Shown here: positions 8,783-16,221 of the stretch, piece by piece
How the letters are laid out: each line of letters opens with the position of its first letter
Numbering within the stretch: the stretch's first letter is position 1
From: a virus
Lineage: Duplodnaviria > Caudoviricetes
Direction: 5' to 3' (one strand)
Length of the DNA stretch: 39,449 nt
IMG/VR virus record: IMGVR_UViG_3300046490_000092
Coordinates: 1-39,449 of that record
Program-made: the position numbers and the translations under genes
Notes under the pieces: generated by a model
Seen by the model: only the letters and a program-made list of their open reading frames with translations
Told to the model about the DNA's origin: nothing
Database searches by the model: none

Positions 8783-9690
8783 TGCCGGGTGAAGTCCTGG
8801 CGGAAGCCGTAGTCCTTCATCAGGCTGTCGGCCTTCACCCCCTTGCGGTCGTGTAGGTGAATTTCCTTGAAGTCGCATTTCCAGCCACATTGGCGCACGT
8901 CAGGGGAGGAATACGGCGCCTCCGTGTTGAACTTGCCGTACGCGGTACGTGCGACGAGGTACGCATCTCTTGCGATCTCGTCAAGCTCTGCAGGGGTACG
9001 GCGCATGGGGGTGCGTGCAAATCGCTCATCCAGCGACAGCTCTCGGGTTTTGAGTCGCTTGGTTCGAGCGGCGTCGTGCATGGTTCCCGCGATCTTCACC
9101 CCGGTAGCCATGTAACCCCACTCGTACAGACCGAACTGGTCGTCCATGTCCAACTCGTAGTCCGTCGGCAGGCTGGCGCACGACTTGTGGTCGAAGATCC
9201 ACCGCAAACCCGTGCGGAGGTCCAGCACCACCAAGTCTGCGCGGATCTTCAGGACGAAGCGAGATGGCCGCCCCTGCAGATTGAGTAGGCGCACTTGCCG
9301 TCGGTCCTCGACGCTGATGACGCGCAGGTCGTCGTCGAGACCATAGGTCTGGATGTGGCCGTGATACATCCACTCGACAGTCGCCTGCGTCTCGGACTGG
9401 GATTTGCCACCCTCGGGCCGGAGCAGCGGGCGGATGAGGTCCCAAGCTCGGTTCACCCGCTCCTGCGGCGTGTGAACCGAGCGCGCCCTGACCCGCGACC
9501 GCTGCGTCGACTTGAGCACCTTGTAGTGGATCTCTAACACTTGATGCCACAAGCTGCCCAGGTCCAACGGACCCCCGGGCCGCGGGGGGCGCGTCCACCG
9601 CTCCACATACGACCATTTGTGCTTGAGGGGGCACTGGCGGAACGTATCCAGCTCCGAGTACGAGACGATGATGTCACTCGTTGATGGCAT
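8779..9690 (-). CDS. Cas4-like / RecB-family PD-(D/E)XK exonuclease
   Basis: SYSELDTFRQCP, GSLWHQVLE, RADLV, IFDHKS, QFGLY and C-terminal CGWKCDF. Confidence 0.88.
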   Translation of the reverse strand: MPSTSDIIVSYSELDTFRQCPLKHKWSYVERWTRPPRPGGPLDLGSLWHQVLEIHYKVLKSTQRSRVRARSVHTPQERVNRAWDLIRPLLRPEGGKSQSETQATVEWMYHGHIQTYGLDDDLRVISVEDRRQVRLLNLQGRPSRFVLKIRADLVVLDLRTGLRWIFDHKSCASLPTDYELDMDDQFGLYEWGYMATGVKIAGTMHDAARTKRLKTRELSLDERFARTPMRRTPAELDEIARDAYLVARTAYGKFNTEAPYSSPDVRQCGWKCDFKEIHLHDRKGVKADSLMKDYGFRQDFTRH

Positions 9691-9841
9691 TCGCCTTCTC
9701 CCTCGCCGTCTCCAACTGCTCCAGCTCCATCGCGTAGTGAGCCAAGGCTTCAGCGTTGGCCTTCGTCAGGCGGAACCCCCAGGTTATCGGATATTGACCC
9801 ATCCCATGCAGCGAGATGACGACCGCACTCGTCGACGTCAC
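9674..9841 (-). CDS. hypothetical protein (55 aa)
   Basis: GTG 9841 overlaps the upstream TGA; RBS GAGGA. Confidence 0.5.
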   Translation of the reverse strand: MTSTSAVVISLHGMGQYPITWGFRLTKANAEALAHYAMELEQLETAREKANAINE

Positions 9842-9996
9842 GGCTGGGTGTCCTCGTTGACCACAAACTCGTATATCCACCAGTCTGGGAGATCGGCGGC
9901 CAGCTTGACTTCGTCGGCCCGCCGCTCGGCCGCGGTGCGGTTGTTGTACACGCCATAGATATCCTCGTACTGGCGCACCACGTAGACTTTACTCAT
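9838..9996 (-). CDS. hypothetical protein (52 aa)
   Basis: Below the ORF-track cut-off; MSKVYVVRQYEDIYGVYNNRTAAERRA...WIYEFVVNE, a typical small phage protein that tiles the gap. Confidence 0.65.
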   Translation of the reverse strand: MSKVYVVRQYEDIYGVYNNRTAAERRADEVKLAADLPDWWIYEFVVNEDTQP

Positions 9997-10384
9997 CGAT
10001 GAGGTCACGCCAAACCTTCCTCGACTCGGGGTTGGGGTCCGCGCTCATAAAAGGCTGAAACTCCCTCGGCAGGAGGGTGGCCCCCAACACCGTGTACCAC
10101 TGGTTCCCGGACGCCCACCCGGATGTGGGATTGCCGCAGGCGGAGTGCACCCACCAGCCATAGTCCGGATCGCGCCGGTAGCCACCAGCGGTACCCTTCC
10201 CAGCCGGACGTACGCAGGTGCAGAACACCTCGGGTTTCTGCCAGATGCCCCAGACCTGCGCCGGGTACATGTTCGGCTCGTCAGGAGGGAGCTGGACGAC
10301 CATGACCGCGTCCTCGGCGATTGTAGCGGCCACGAAGTCCTTGGCCTGCTCTTCGTCCGGGATGTTGAGCAGTACGTACACCAT
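9989..10384 (-). CDS. hypothetical protein with CxC...HxxC putative Zn site
   Basis: From MVYVLLNIPD (ATG 10384, TGATG overlap); FCTC...WWVHSACG. Confidence 0.65.
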   Translation of the reverse strand: MVYVLLNIPDEEQAKDFVAATIAEDAVMVVQLPPDEPNMYPAQVWGIWQKPEVFCTCVRPAGKGTAGGYRRDPDYGWWVHSACGNPTSGWASGNQWYTVLGATLLPREFQPFMSADPNPESRKVWRDLIDE

Positions 10385-10659
10385 CAGAGGTCCTCGATTG
10401 CGAAATACTGCACATTGGCCAGAGGAATCGAGAACCTGCAGAGCTTGGGAGCGTTGAGCGGGCACATGCGGATGTCGAGCAGAGTATTGTCCGGGTTTAG
10501 CCGCCAACTGTGCATGTCATCGATCTTCACGCAACCGCCGTGGAAGTAGCCGATGACCAATCGCTTGTGAGAGCATTCGGGAGGCGTGGTGGGGAACAGG
10601 TCGTGTAGAAGGGCTTGCATCTCCTGCTCCTGTTGCGGACTGAGTTCATCATCGTACAT
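10384..10659 (-). CDS. hypothetical protein
   Basis: ORF track 10384..10665; ATG 10659 is better spaced from RBS GAGGAG. Confidence 0.65.
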   Translation of the reverse strand: MYDDELSPQQEQEMQALLHDLFPTTPPECSHKRLVIGYFHGGCVKIDDMHSWRLNPDNTLLDIRMCPLNAPKLCRFSIPLANVQYFAIEDL

Positions 10660-10672
10660 GGTCACTCCTCAG

Positions 10673-10780
10673 TTAGATGGCGCGGAATATGATGAGGATG
10701 AGGACGCCAACTAGGCACCCGCACAACAGCGACGATACTAACAGAGCGACGTCATCCCAATTCAAGGTAGGTCCTGTCAT
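10673..10780 (-). CDS. small membrane peptide (35 aa)
   Basis: MTGPTLNWDDVALLVSSLLCGCLVGVLILIIFRAI, a single TM helix filling the gap. Confidence 0.45.
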   Translation of the reverse strand: MTGPTLNWDDVALLVSSLLCGCLVGVLILIIFRAI

Positions 10781-10979
10781 ATTCGAATCGGAGGGTCTTG
10801 GCGTTGCGCACGTACACGCAGATCGCGAGGGGGGCGGAGCGCATGTCTTCGACCCGAACCGAAGCGTACCATCCGGATTGATGGGGGTCGGCCACCTGCA
10901 GAACATGATCACTCTCAGGGACGAACATCTTGACGCCGTCGAGTGGTCCAGCCCACAGGACGACTGGAACGGCGGTCAC
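10752..10979 (-). CDS. hypothetical protein (75 aa)
   Basis: VTAVPVVLWAGPLDG... from GTG overlapping the resolvase stop; GPxDG motif common in small phage proteins. Confidence 0.6.
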   Translation of the reverse strand: MTAVPVVLWAGPLDGVKMFVPESDHVLQVADPHQSGWYASVRVEDMRSAPLAICVYVRNAKTLRFEYDRTYLELG

Positions 10980-11563
10980 TCGCCCCATCCCTCGATGTAC
11001 CTGCCGATGAAGTACCAACCATGCAGCTCTGCAGACTGCCCATGCGGGAGTGCCTTCATCCGGGCAGCGACCGACTTGATACCGTGGGCCCGAAGGATGC
11101 CGCGCGCCGGGCCGTTCTTACCCTGGACCTGGGGCTGCTGACCGTGCAGGACCACCCTCTCTGGGAATGGCCTTTCAGGATCGGAGCAGGTGCCGCCCTG
11201 CTGCTCGCAGGTGGTGAGCAGCCCCTGGCGGATAGCACCCTCGTGCATGTCTACGTGCAGATTGTTGGTGTCGACGATCCACCTGATGACGCCGATCATC
11301 TGCGACGTATCGAACTCTGAGCCGATCTGCTCTTCGGCTAATGTCCCGAATAACCCGAAGCGCTCATACACAACAATATCAAAGTCACCCACCAGCACGG
11401 ACTCAGCAAAGTCGCGCAGAAACGCAGGCGGGTCGTCACGGATGAACGCACCCGTGCAAATCCAGGGAGTCGGTTTGAGAGCCTCAGGACCCCGGCGCTC
11501 GAATGTAGCGTAGCCCACATGCTCATCACCGGGGTCAATTGCGATCAAAGTCGTGCACGCCAT
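10976..11563 (-). CDS. RuvC-like Holliday junction resolvase
   Basis: LIAIDPGDEHVGYA and IVVYERF RNase-H-fold motifs. Confidence 0.75.
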   Translation of the reverse strand: MACTTLIAIDPGDEHVGYATFERRGPEALKPTPWICTGAFIRDDPPAFLRDFAESVLVGDFDIVVYERFGLFGTLAEEQIGSEFDTSQMIGVIRWIVDTNNLHVDMHEGAIRQGLLTTCEQQGGTCSDPERPFPERVVLHGQQPQVQGKNGPARGILRAHGIKSVAARMKALPHGQSAELHGWYFIGRYIEGWGE

Positions 11564-11834
11564 CAGCAGGTCGCGCGTCGGCAATGGGGTTGGCACCGAG
11601 ACGGGCACGGTACAGGATCCTCTCTTCCAGGGTGTCGCGGAATCGGGTGGGGTCGCCGGACTCCAGGTCTTTGACCTGCCGCTCGATCGGGTAGTTGAGA
11701 GCCTGGCTGATCCGGATCATCATTCCGCGCGAGGGAGCACGGGCTCCCGATCGAAGACGACTGATACCGGAGATGGAGGCATACCCGAGCCATTGCGCCA
11801 CTTGACGGTGCGCCACCGTCGTCACTACGGACAT
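11535..11834 (-). CDS. XRE/Cro-like helix-turn-helix DNA-binding protein
   Basis: HRQVAQWLGYASISGISRLRSGARAPSRGMMIRISQAL; first gene of the leftward arm, beside divergent promoters. Confidence 0.8.
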   Translation of the reverse strand: MSVVTTVAHRQVAQWLGYASISGISRLRSGARAPSRGMMIRISQALNYPIERQVKDLESGDPTRFRDTLEERILYRARLGANPIADARPADGVHDFDRN

Positions 11835-11875
11835 TGTCGTGCTCCAATCTGAGTCATGGCTGGCCAGCCGGGAGG

Positions 11876-11905
11876 AGTCTACCGCCTGGCTTGCCCCCCC
11901 GTCAA
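11876..11905 (-). promoter_or_regulatory. leftward promoter TTGACG-N18-TAGACT
   Basis: Read directly; drives the HTH and replication arm. Confidence 0.75.
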
Positions 11906-11920
11906 GTAGTGTGATAGACT
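11891..11920 (+). promoter_or_regulatory. rightward promoter TTGCCC-N18-(TG)-TAGACT
   Basis: Overlaps the leftward promoter; helicase ATG lies 8 nt downstream with no SD. Confidence 0.65.
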
Positions 11921-11928
11921 ATCCAGCC

Positions 11929-13320
11929 ATGAAGCCACTTAGAACGCAGCACCAGGAGGAGGGCATCGATTGGTTGCAAAAAACAGGCCGGGCGCTGCTG
12001 GGAGACGACCCCGGCACCGGGAAGACTCGTCAGCTCATCGAAGCTGCGGATGGCGGGAGGACCCTCGTGGTTGCCCCTGCGATGGTGATCGCTGGAGGAA
12101 CCTGGGAGACCGAGCTGCAGAAGTGGGCAGCTCATCCCGAGAAGTTCTCCGTCGTGCCCTATTCGATGTTGAATCAACGGAAACGTACGACTGGTTCTGG
12201 GACCGCGCCGGTAAGGGCTCTTCGAGTCGAACACAAGGGCCGCTGGGACACGCTGATCGTCGACGAAGCTCACTACATCAAGGGCCGATCTACTCACTGG
12301 ACCTGGGCAACGCTGGAGATAGCGAAGCAGGCCGACCAGGCGTTCGCCGCAACCGGAACTCCGATTCCCGGTTGGGCACACGAGCTGTTCACGATTCTGC
12401 AACTAATCCATGGAGGGGGACGTGGGACACAATACGGAAGCTTCTGGCGCTGGGCCGAGCAGTGGTTCGAATGTAAGCCCACCCGATTTAGCGCAGGTGC
12501 TCCGGTCGCAGGAGAGCTACTGGCGTGCGGTGGGACGCGGAGCGACTGTCTTCGATTCGACCCTACGACACCTTGCGAGCATTACCGAGAGTTCGCCCGC
12601 GCTAACCTCGGAGACGCGTACCTACGTCGAACAAGAGACCAGTGCATTGATCTCCCTCCTACTACAGACACCACGATACAGGTGCCGCTAAGTCCCGACG
12701 CGCGAAGGGCCTACAATGAACTCAAACGAGATTTCACAACCCAGGTGGATGGTAACGACGTTATCTCCTGGACAGGAGGATCTCGGATACAGAAGCTCGA
12801 ACTCCTTACCGTCTCTCCTTGGTTCCTTGGTAGAGGCGATAAGAAGCCAACTGGGGGAAAGCTGGACCGGCTCAGTTTTGATCTCTCACTTAGAACCCGA
12901 CCGACCCTGGTATTTGGACATCGACGGGCCGTTGTCGAAGCTTGCAGCCGAGTCGCTGCCGATCTCGGACTCTCTTCTGCCTACATTCACGGAGGCGTCC
13001 CCACTTCCCTTGCCGGAGACATCCTCCGTCGCTGGCGAAACGGAGAACTTGACGTCCTTGTGGGCTCAATCTCCAGTATTGGAACCGGGCTCCAGCTAAC
13101 CGAAGCTGACTGCGTAATCTTCGTACAGGAGACGTATTCGCCAGACAAGAACGAGCAGGCGTTGCGCCGGGTCCATCGGATGGGGCAGACGCGTCCGGTG
13201 GAGATCCTGCGGTACTACGCACCCAACACGCTGGATGCCAACCGGAGCAAACTGCTCCGAATCAAGATCGACCGCCAGATCCGTCATCTGACCGCTGCAA
13301 ACATCAAGGACGTGCTCTAA
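11929..13320 (+). CDS. SNF2-like (SF2) helicase
   Basis: HQEEGIDWL Q-motif, LGDDPGTGKT, LIVDEAH, ATGTP, GTGLQLT, QALRRVHRMGQ. Confidence 0.92.
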   Translation: MKPLRTQHQEEGIDWLQKTGRALLGDDPGTGKTRQLIEAADGGRTLVVAPAMVIAGGTWETELQKWAAHPEKFSVVPYSMLNQRKRTTGSGTAPVRALRVEHKGRWDTLIVDEAHYIKGRSTHWTWATLEIAKQADQAFAATGTPIPGWAHELFTILQLIHGGGRGTQYGSFWRWAEQWFECKPTRFSAGAPVAGELLACGGTRSDCLRFDPTTPCEHYREFARANLGDAYLRRTRDQCIDLPPTTDTTIQVPLSPDARRAYNELKRDFTTQVDGNDVISWTGGSRIQKLELLTVSPWFLGRGDKKPTGGKLDRLSFDLSLRTRPTLVFGHRRAVVEACSRVAADLGLSSAYIHGGVPTSLAGDILRRWRNGELDVLVGSISSIGTGLQLTEADCVIFVQETYSPDKNEQALRRVHRMGQTRPVEILRYYAPNTLDANRSKLLRIKIDRQIRHLTAANIKDVL

Positions 13321-13321
13321 C

Positions 13322-13612
13322 GTGCAACTGTTTCGGATCGCCTGGCCTCTAATCCTGGGGTCTGGCTGGTTCGCTGGGTTCGTAGCTCTATCTCGGAGGG
13401 GTAGCACAGACGACGTGCTGGCTGAAATATCCCACGAGGAGGAGTGGCTGGATGATGGACTTGTCTCACAGGCAAGAGCTATGATAGGATACAGGTATGA
13501 CGACATCTCGTACTCCGGGCATCGAGAAGGGCTTCGTGCGGGGACGCACTATCGCCCACCGACCCACGCTGCAACACCGCGTTGCCGACGCCGGACTCAC
13601 CTGCTGCGGTGA
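13322..13612 (+). CDS. hypothetical membrane protein
   Basis: N-terminal hydrophobic segment right after the helicase stop; 3' part overlaps the next ORF. Confidence 0.45.
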   Translation: MQLFRIAWPLILGSGWFAGFVALSRRGSTDDVLAEISHEEEWLDDGLVSQARAMIGYRYDDISYSGHREGLRAGTHYRPPTHAATPRCRRRTHLLR

Positions 13613-13718
13613 GGACTACACCCGCTGGCCGTGGCGCTCGTACTCTGTAGCGCGTGACGACATCACGGCGTGCCTGCGCTGCAACCAGGACCTCGCCGCC
13701 CCATGGAGCCTGCGATGA
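13497..13718 (+). CDS. small Zn-finger-like hypothetical protein
   Basis: H...TCCG...TACLRC pattern; stop overlaps the next ATG. Confidence 0.55.
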   Translation: MTTSRTPGIEKGFVRGRTIAHRPTLQHRVADAGLTCCGEDYTRWPWRSYSVARDDITACLRCNQDLAAPWSLR

Positions 13719-13843
13719 CCGAACCGGCGATCCACCGCGAGCGTGGTTGGCTGAAGCCCGCGCCCATTGACCCATCCATGAAAGCAGACTGGGATAGGGT
13801 GGCGGAGGCGATACTCTCCTTAGCCAAAACTGCCAACGAATGA
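13715..13843 (+). CDS. hypothetical protein (42 aa)
   Basis: MTEPAIHRERGWLKPAPIDPSMKADWDRVAEAILSLAKTANE; ATGA overlap. Confidence 0.45.
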   Translation: MTEPAIHRERGWLKPAPIDPSMKADWDRVAEAILSLAKTANE

Positions 13844-13855
13844 GGAGAACGGCGA

Positions 13856-14740
13856 GTGAAGCCCATCAGACTGCAGCCAGATCTAACCCGGGTGCGCCCG
13901 GTTGCGGGCAGCGGGACAGGTATGATACGCTGTGGCTTCTGCGTCAGCGGGTCGTGCGATCAGTGCCCGGGAGGAATCGAGCACCGTGGTGGCATGATTT
14001 GGAAGTGCGGATGCACCAAGCACCCGCTCGTGCTGCGGTGCTTGTCGTGTGGCAGCCAAGACCCCGCGCTGGTAGACTCCGAGAAGTATCACTGCACCGA
14101 TAGCAAGGCATGCAAGGCCAGAGCAACAGAGCGTACCGAATCCAATCCAGCAGTTCGACACATCCGGGAGATACAGATGGCCACTGAGACGGCCGAGATC
14201 AAGGCCCCCAAGGCGCGTGCACCGAAGGTCGGGTACTGCGTCCACTGCAACGAGCCCACGAAGGGTGGCAAGTTCGTCGCCGGTCACGACGCCAAGTGGG
14301 TGTCCGAGCACGTCGTCGCCGTCATGAACGGCCAGGTCGAGGAGAAGGCCGCCCGCGCCAAGCTCGTCCAGATGGGAAGCGACGCGCTCGGCAACAAGTT
14401 CGACAAGTCGCTGGCCAGCCAGCGTGGCAAGGCCGAGTCGAAGCGTCTCGCCAAGGAGGAGAGCGAGGCGAACGCGCTCGCCGCCAACGAGGCCGCTGCA
14501 CTCGACGAGAAGCGCCAGTCGCTGAAGCCGGAGCCGGTCCTCGGCAGGGTCGGTTCCGAAGACGAGAACGGCTTCGAGTCCGAGGACGACGAGGACATCG
14601 AGCTGGAGGAGGACGAGGAGGACGAGGACGGGCCGGAGCCGGAGCCCGCGCCCAAGCCCGTCGTGCGTCGGACCCGCCTCGGTGGTGCCAAGACGGCGGA
14701 TGCCAAGCCCACCGTGCGCCGCCGATCGACCGCGAACTGA
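13856..14740 (+). CDS. Cys-rich protein with CxxC-F-x-x-GHDAK module, acidic tract and basic tail; likely internal start at 14177
   Basis: RBS GAGGAG before GTG 13856; second RBS CCGGGAGATA before ATG 14177, where GC3 rises sharply. Confidence 0.75.
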   Translation: MKPIRLQPDLTRVRPVAGSGTGMIRCGFCVSGSCDQCPGGIEHRGGMIWKCGCTKHPLVLRCLSCGSQDPALVDSEKYHCTDSKACKARATERTESNPAVRHIREIQMATETAEIKAPKARAPKVGYCVHCNEPTKGGKFVAGHDAKWVSEHVVAVMNGQVEEKAARAKLVQMGSDALGNKFDKSLASQRGKAESKRLAKEESEANALAANEAAALDEKRQSLKPEPVLGRVGSEDENGFESEDDEDIELEEDEEDEDGPEPEPAPKPVVRRTRLGGAKTADAKPTVRRRSTAN

Positions 14741-14744
14741 TCAC

Positions 14745-14848
14745 AGGGGCGCTCCGGGCAGTGCACCCAACATCGACCCCGGAGCAGTGAAGCACGCCAG
14801 GAAGACGACGCGGGCCGCCCTCGCGTTGCGCTGCTGGTCGTCGCCCCT
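14745..14848 (+). ncRNA. putative structured RNA (three-way junction) directly upstream of the tRNA-like gene
   Basis: AGGGGC/GCCCCT closing stem, GCTCCGGG/CCCGGAGC hairpin, third arm CCAG/CTGG plus CGACGCG/CGCGTTG. Confidence 0.4.
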
Positions 14849-14854
14849 ACCCAA

Positions 14855-14955
14855 GGCGTTGAGGTGCTACGGCAGCACATCCAGGTTCGATCGCCAGCTC
14901 GCCGCCCGAGCGGGGCGCAACTGGATCGTAGAGGGTTCAATTCCCTTCGACGCCA
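14855..14955 (+). tRNA. tRNA-like RNA with a 29-nt insertion in the anticodon loop (nominal anticodon TCG, Arg)
   Basis: Acceptor GGCGTTG/CGACGCC-A, D-stem GTGC/GCAC with GG in the loop, anticodon stem TCCAG/CTGGA, T-arm GAGGG-TTCAATT-CCCTT; no encoded CCA. Confidence 0.75.
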
Positions 14956-15014
14956 CTCCCACCCGGACCTCGTGGGTGCAGTAAAATCCCCTACTCTCTG
15001 ACCGAAGGACAGTC

Positions 15015-15446
15015 ATGCGCAAAAAGTTCCTGGCGGCCCTCGCGATGCTGTTGCTCCCACTGTTCGTCTTCTCCGGGACTGCGCAGGCCAAGGAGCAGGA
15101 CAGCTACTATTGGTCCGGCTGGTTCAATTGCCCGTTCACCGACGGACATGTCGAGTCGGTCCACTGGATGTTCGACAACGATGGAGTCGAGCGCCGGGTT
15201 GCGGAATTCGGATGGAGCGGCACGCTGCTGATCAACACGTTCGCCATTCGCGAGGTGCGCACGGACACGGGAGCGCAGCAGGGTGGTATCTACCACCAGA
15301 GCGGTTACCCGGGTGTGGCGAACTACCAGACCGGTGACCTGGGCAGTACGTTGCCATTCATCTGGAACACCACCCCGGCGCGGCTGTACATCACGCTGTC
15401 AAAGGACAGCGGGAGCACGACCGCATCCTGCTACCACGACATCTGA
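15015..15446 (+). CDS. secreted protein (Sec signal peptide)
   Basis: MRKKFLAALAMLLLPLFVFSGTAQA|KEQ with an AxA cleavage site; beta-rich mature part with two Cys. Confidence 0.8.
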   Translation: MRKKFLAALAMLLLPLFVFSGTAQAKEQDSYYWSGWFNCPFTDGHVESVHWMFDNDGVERRVAEFGWSGTLLINTFAIREVRTDTGAQQGGIYHQSGYPGVANYQTGDLGSTLPFIWNTTPARLYITLSKDSGSTTASCYHDI

Positions 15447-15453
15447 CCAGAGG

Positions 15454-15483
15454 TTGTCTTCTTGGCAAGATACCTGCTAGGAT
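15454..15483 (+). promoter_or_regulatory. promoter TTGTCT-N18-(TG)-TAGGAT
   Basis: Read directly; followed by a CCCCGG/CCGGGG leader hairpin and RBS GAGGAG. Confidence 0.6.
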
Positions 15484-15529
15484 GGGGTCATACCCCGGAG
15501 CCGCCGGGGCTCACCCCGAGGAGAACAAC

Positions 15530-15748
15530 ATGCCCGCCGTTTCCGACCGCGAGTTCCACGTGGCGACCACGCTCCCCCACCTGATCGCCGAATTCTTGGC
15601 GGAGACGATGGGGGACGGCGCCAGCCCCGAGATCGTGCAAGAGATGGGGCTGGGCTGCCCATGCGGGAACGACAAGAGCTACCCCGCAATCATCGGATTC
15701 CTCATCGACGGTTCGGGCTACAGCCTCACGCTGAACAAGACCGAGTGA
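15530..15748 (+). CDS. hypothetical protein (72 aa)
   Basis: MPAVSDREF... with a strong RBS. Confidence 0.7.
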   Translation: MPAVSDREFHVATTLPHLIAEFLAETMGDGASPEIVQEMGLGCPCGNDKSYPAIIGFLIDGSGYSLTLNKTE

Positions 15749-15760
15749 CCTGAGATACAA

Positions 15761-15807
15761 CGAGACCCCCGACCTGAGGCGCTGGATACCTCAGATCGGG
15801 GGTCTCG
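15761..15807. terminator. bidirectional terminator at the convergence of rightward and late transcripts
   Basis: CGAGACCCCCGA-CCTGAGG ... CCTCAG-A-TCGGGGGTCTCG long stem between convergent genes. Confidence 0.8.
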
Positions 15808-15833
15808 CTATGTCCCTGATGCCGGGAGGCCCA

Positions 15834-16046
15834 TCAGGGGGTCAGGGTGAGGAGGCTAGTCTTGGGTAGCTTGATGGCCTCCGTCAGCGGGGGGACACTG
15901 GGCGCGGGGAGTCGGACGTGGTGAGTCCAAGTCTGTGAGGCTTGGTCCCACCAGCGCTCCACGGTCCCGGCCACCCTCCCCCAAGCGACCGTTTCAGCGC
16001 AGGTGCGGTACCACCCGGACGGCCGGGCGCTGGGCTCCGGCATCAT
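15834..16046 (-). CDS. hypothetical protein (70 aa), last gene of the late operon
   Basis: MMPEPSARPSGWY...; ATGA overlap with the holin stop. Confidence 0.5.
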   Translation of the reverse strand: MMPEPSARPSGWYRTCAETVAWGRVAGTVERWWDQASQTWTHHVRLPAPSVPPLTEAIKLPKTSLLTLTP

Positions 16047-16219
16047 CGCGGCGCGTTCTCCGTGTGGTACACACCGAAGTACGTGGCCACGGCCAGCACA
16101 CCCACCGCCAGCTTGTCCCACGGGTCAGGGAAGACCCCGTACGCGACGCCCGTGGCCAGGGCTCCCACCCCGCCGACTGCGGCCTTGCGCGCCACGGACC
16201 AAAACTTCTGCCACTGCAT
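16043..16219 (-). CDS. holin (2 TM, 58 aa)
   Basis: Below the ORF-track cut-off: MQWQKFWSVARKAAVGGVGALATGVAYGVFPDPWDKLAVGVLAVATYFGVYHTENAPR; RBS GGAGGAGG; actinophage holin-like GVY-x-x-x-N end; in the lysis cassette. Confidence 0.75.
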   Translation of the reverse strand: MQWQKFWSVARKAAVGGVGALATGVAYGVFPDPWDKLAVGVLAVATYFGVYHTENAPR

Positions 16220-16221
16220 GT

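Noticed and set aside
8779-9690. Cas4-like gene as evidence of a CRISPR-Cas system
   Set aside because: Solo Cas4-like exonucleases are routine in phage recombination modules; no other cas genes or array.
14745-14848. 5S rRNA, tmRNA or cobalamin riboswitch identity for the structured RNA
   Set aside because: Only short words match (AGUGAAGC, GCCAGGAAGAC); loop C/E motifs, the G3-U70 alanine domain and the B12 box are absent.
14931-14955. tRNA 3' half as attP/attL marking a prophage boundary
   Set aside because: No integrase in the window, phage genes continue on both sides, and the 5' half of the cloverleaf is also present.
14956-14990. HDV-like (theta) ribozyme after the tRNA-like gene
   Set aside because: Only a simple CACCC/GGGTG hairpin; the nested double pseudoknot could not be built.
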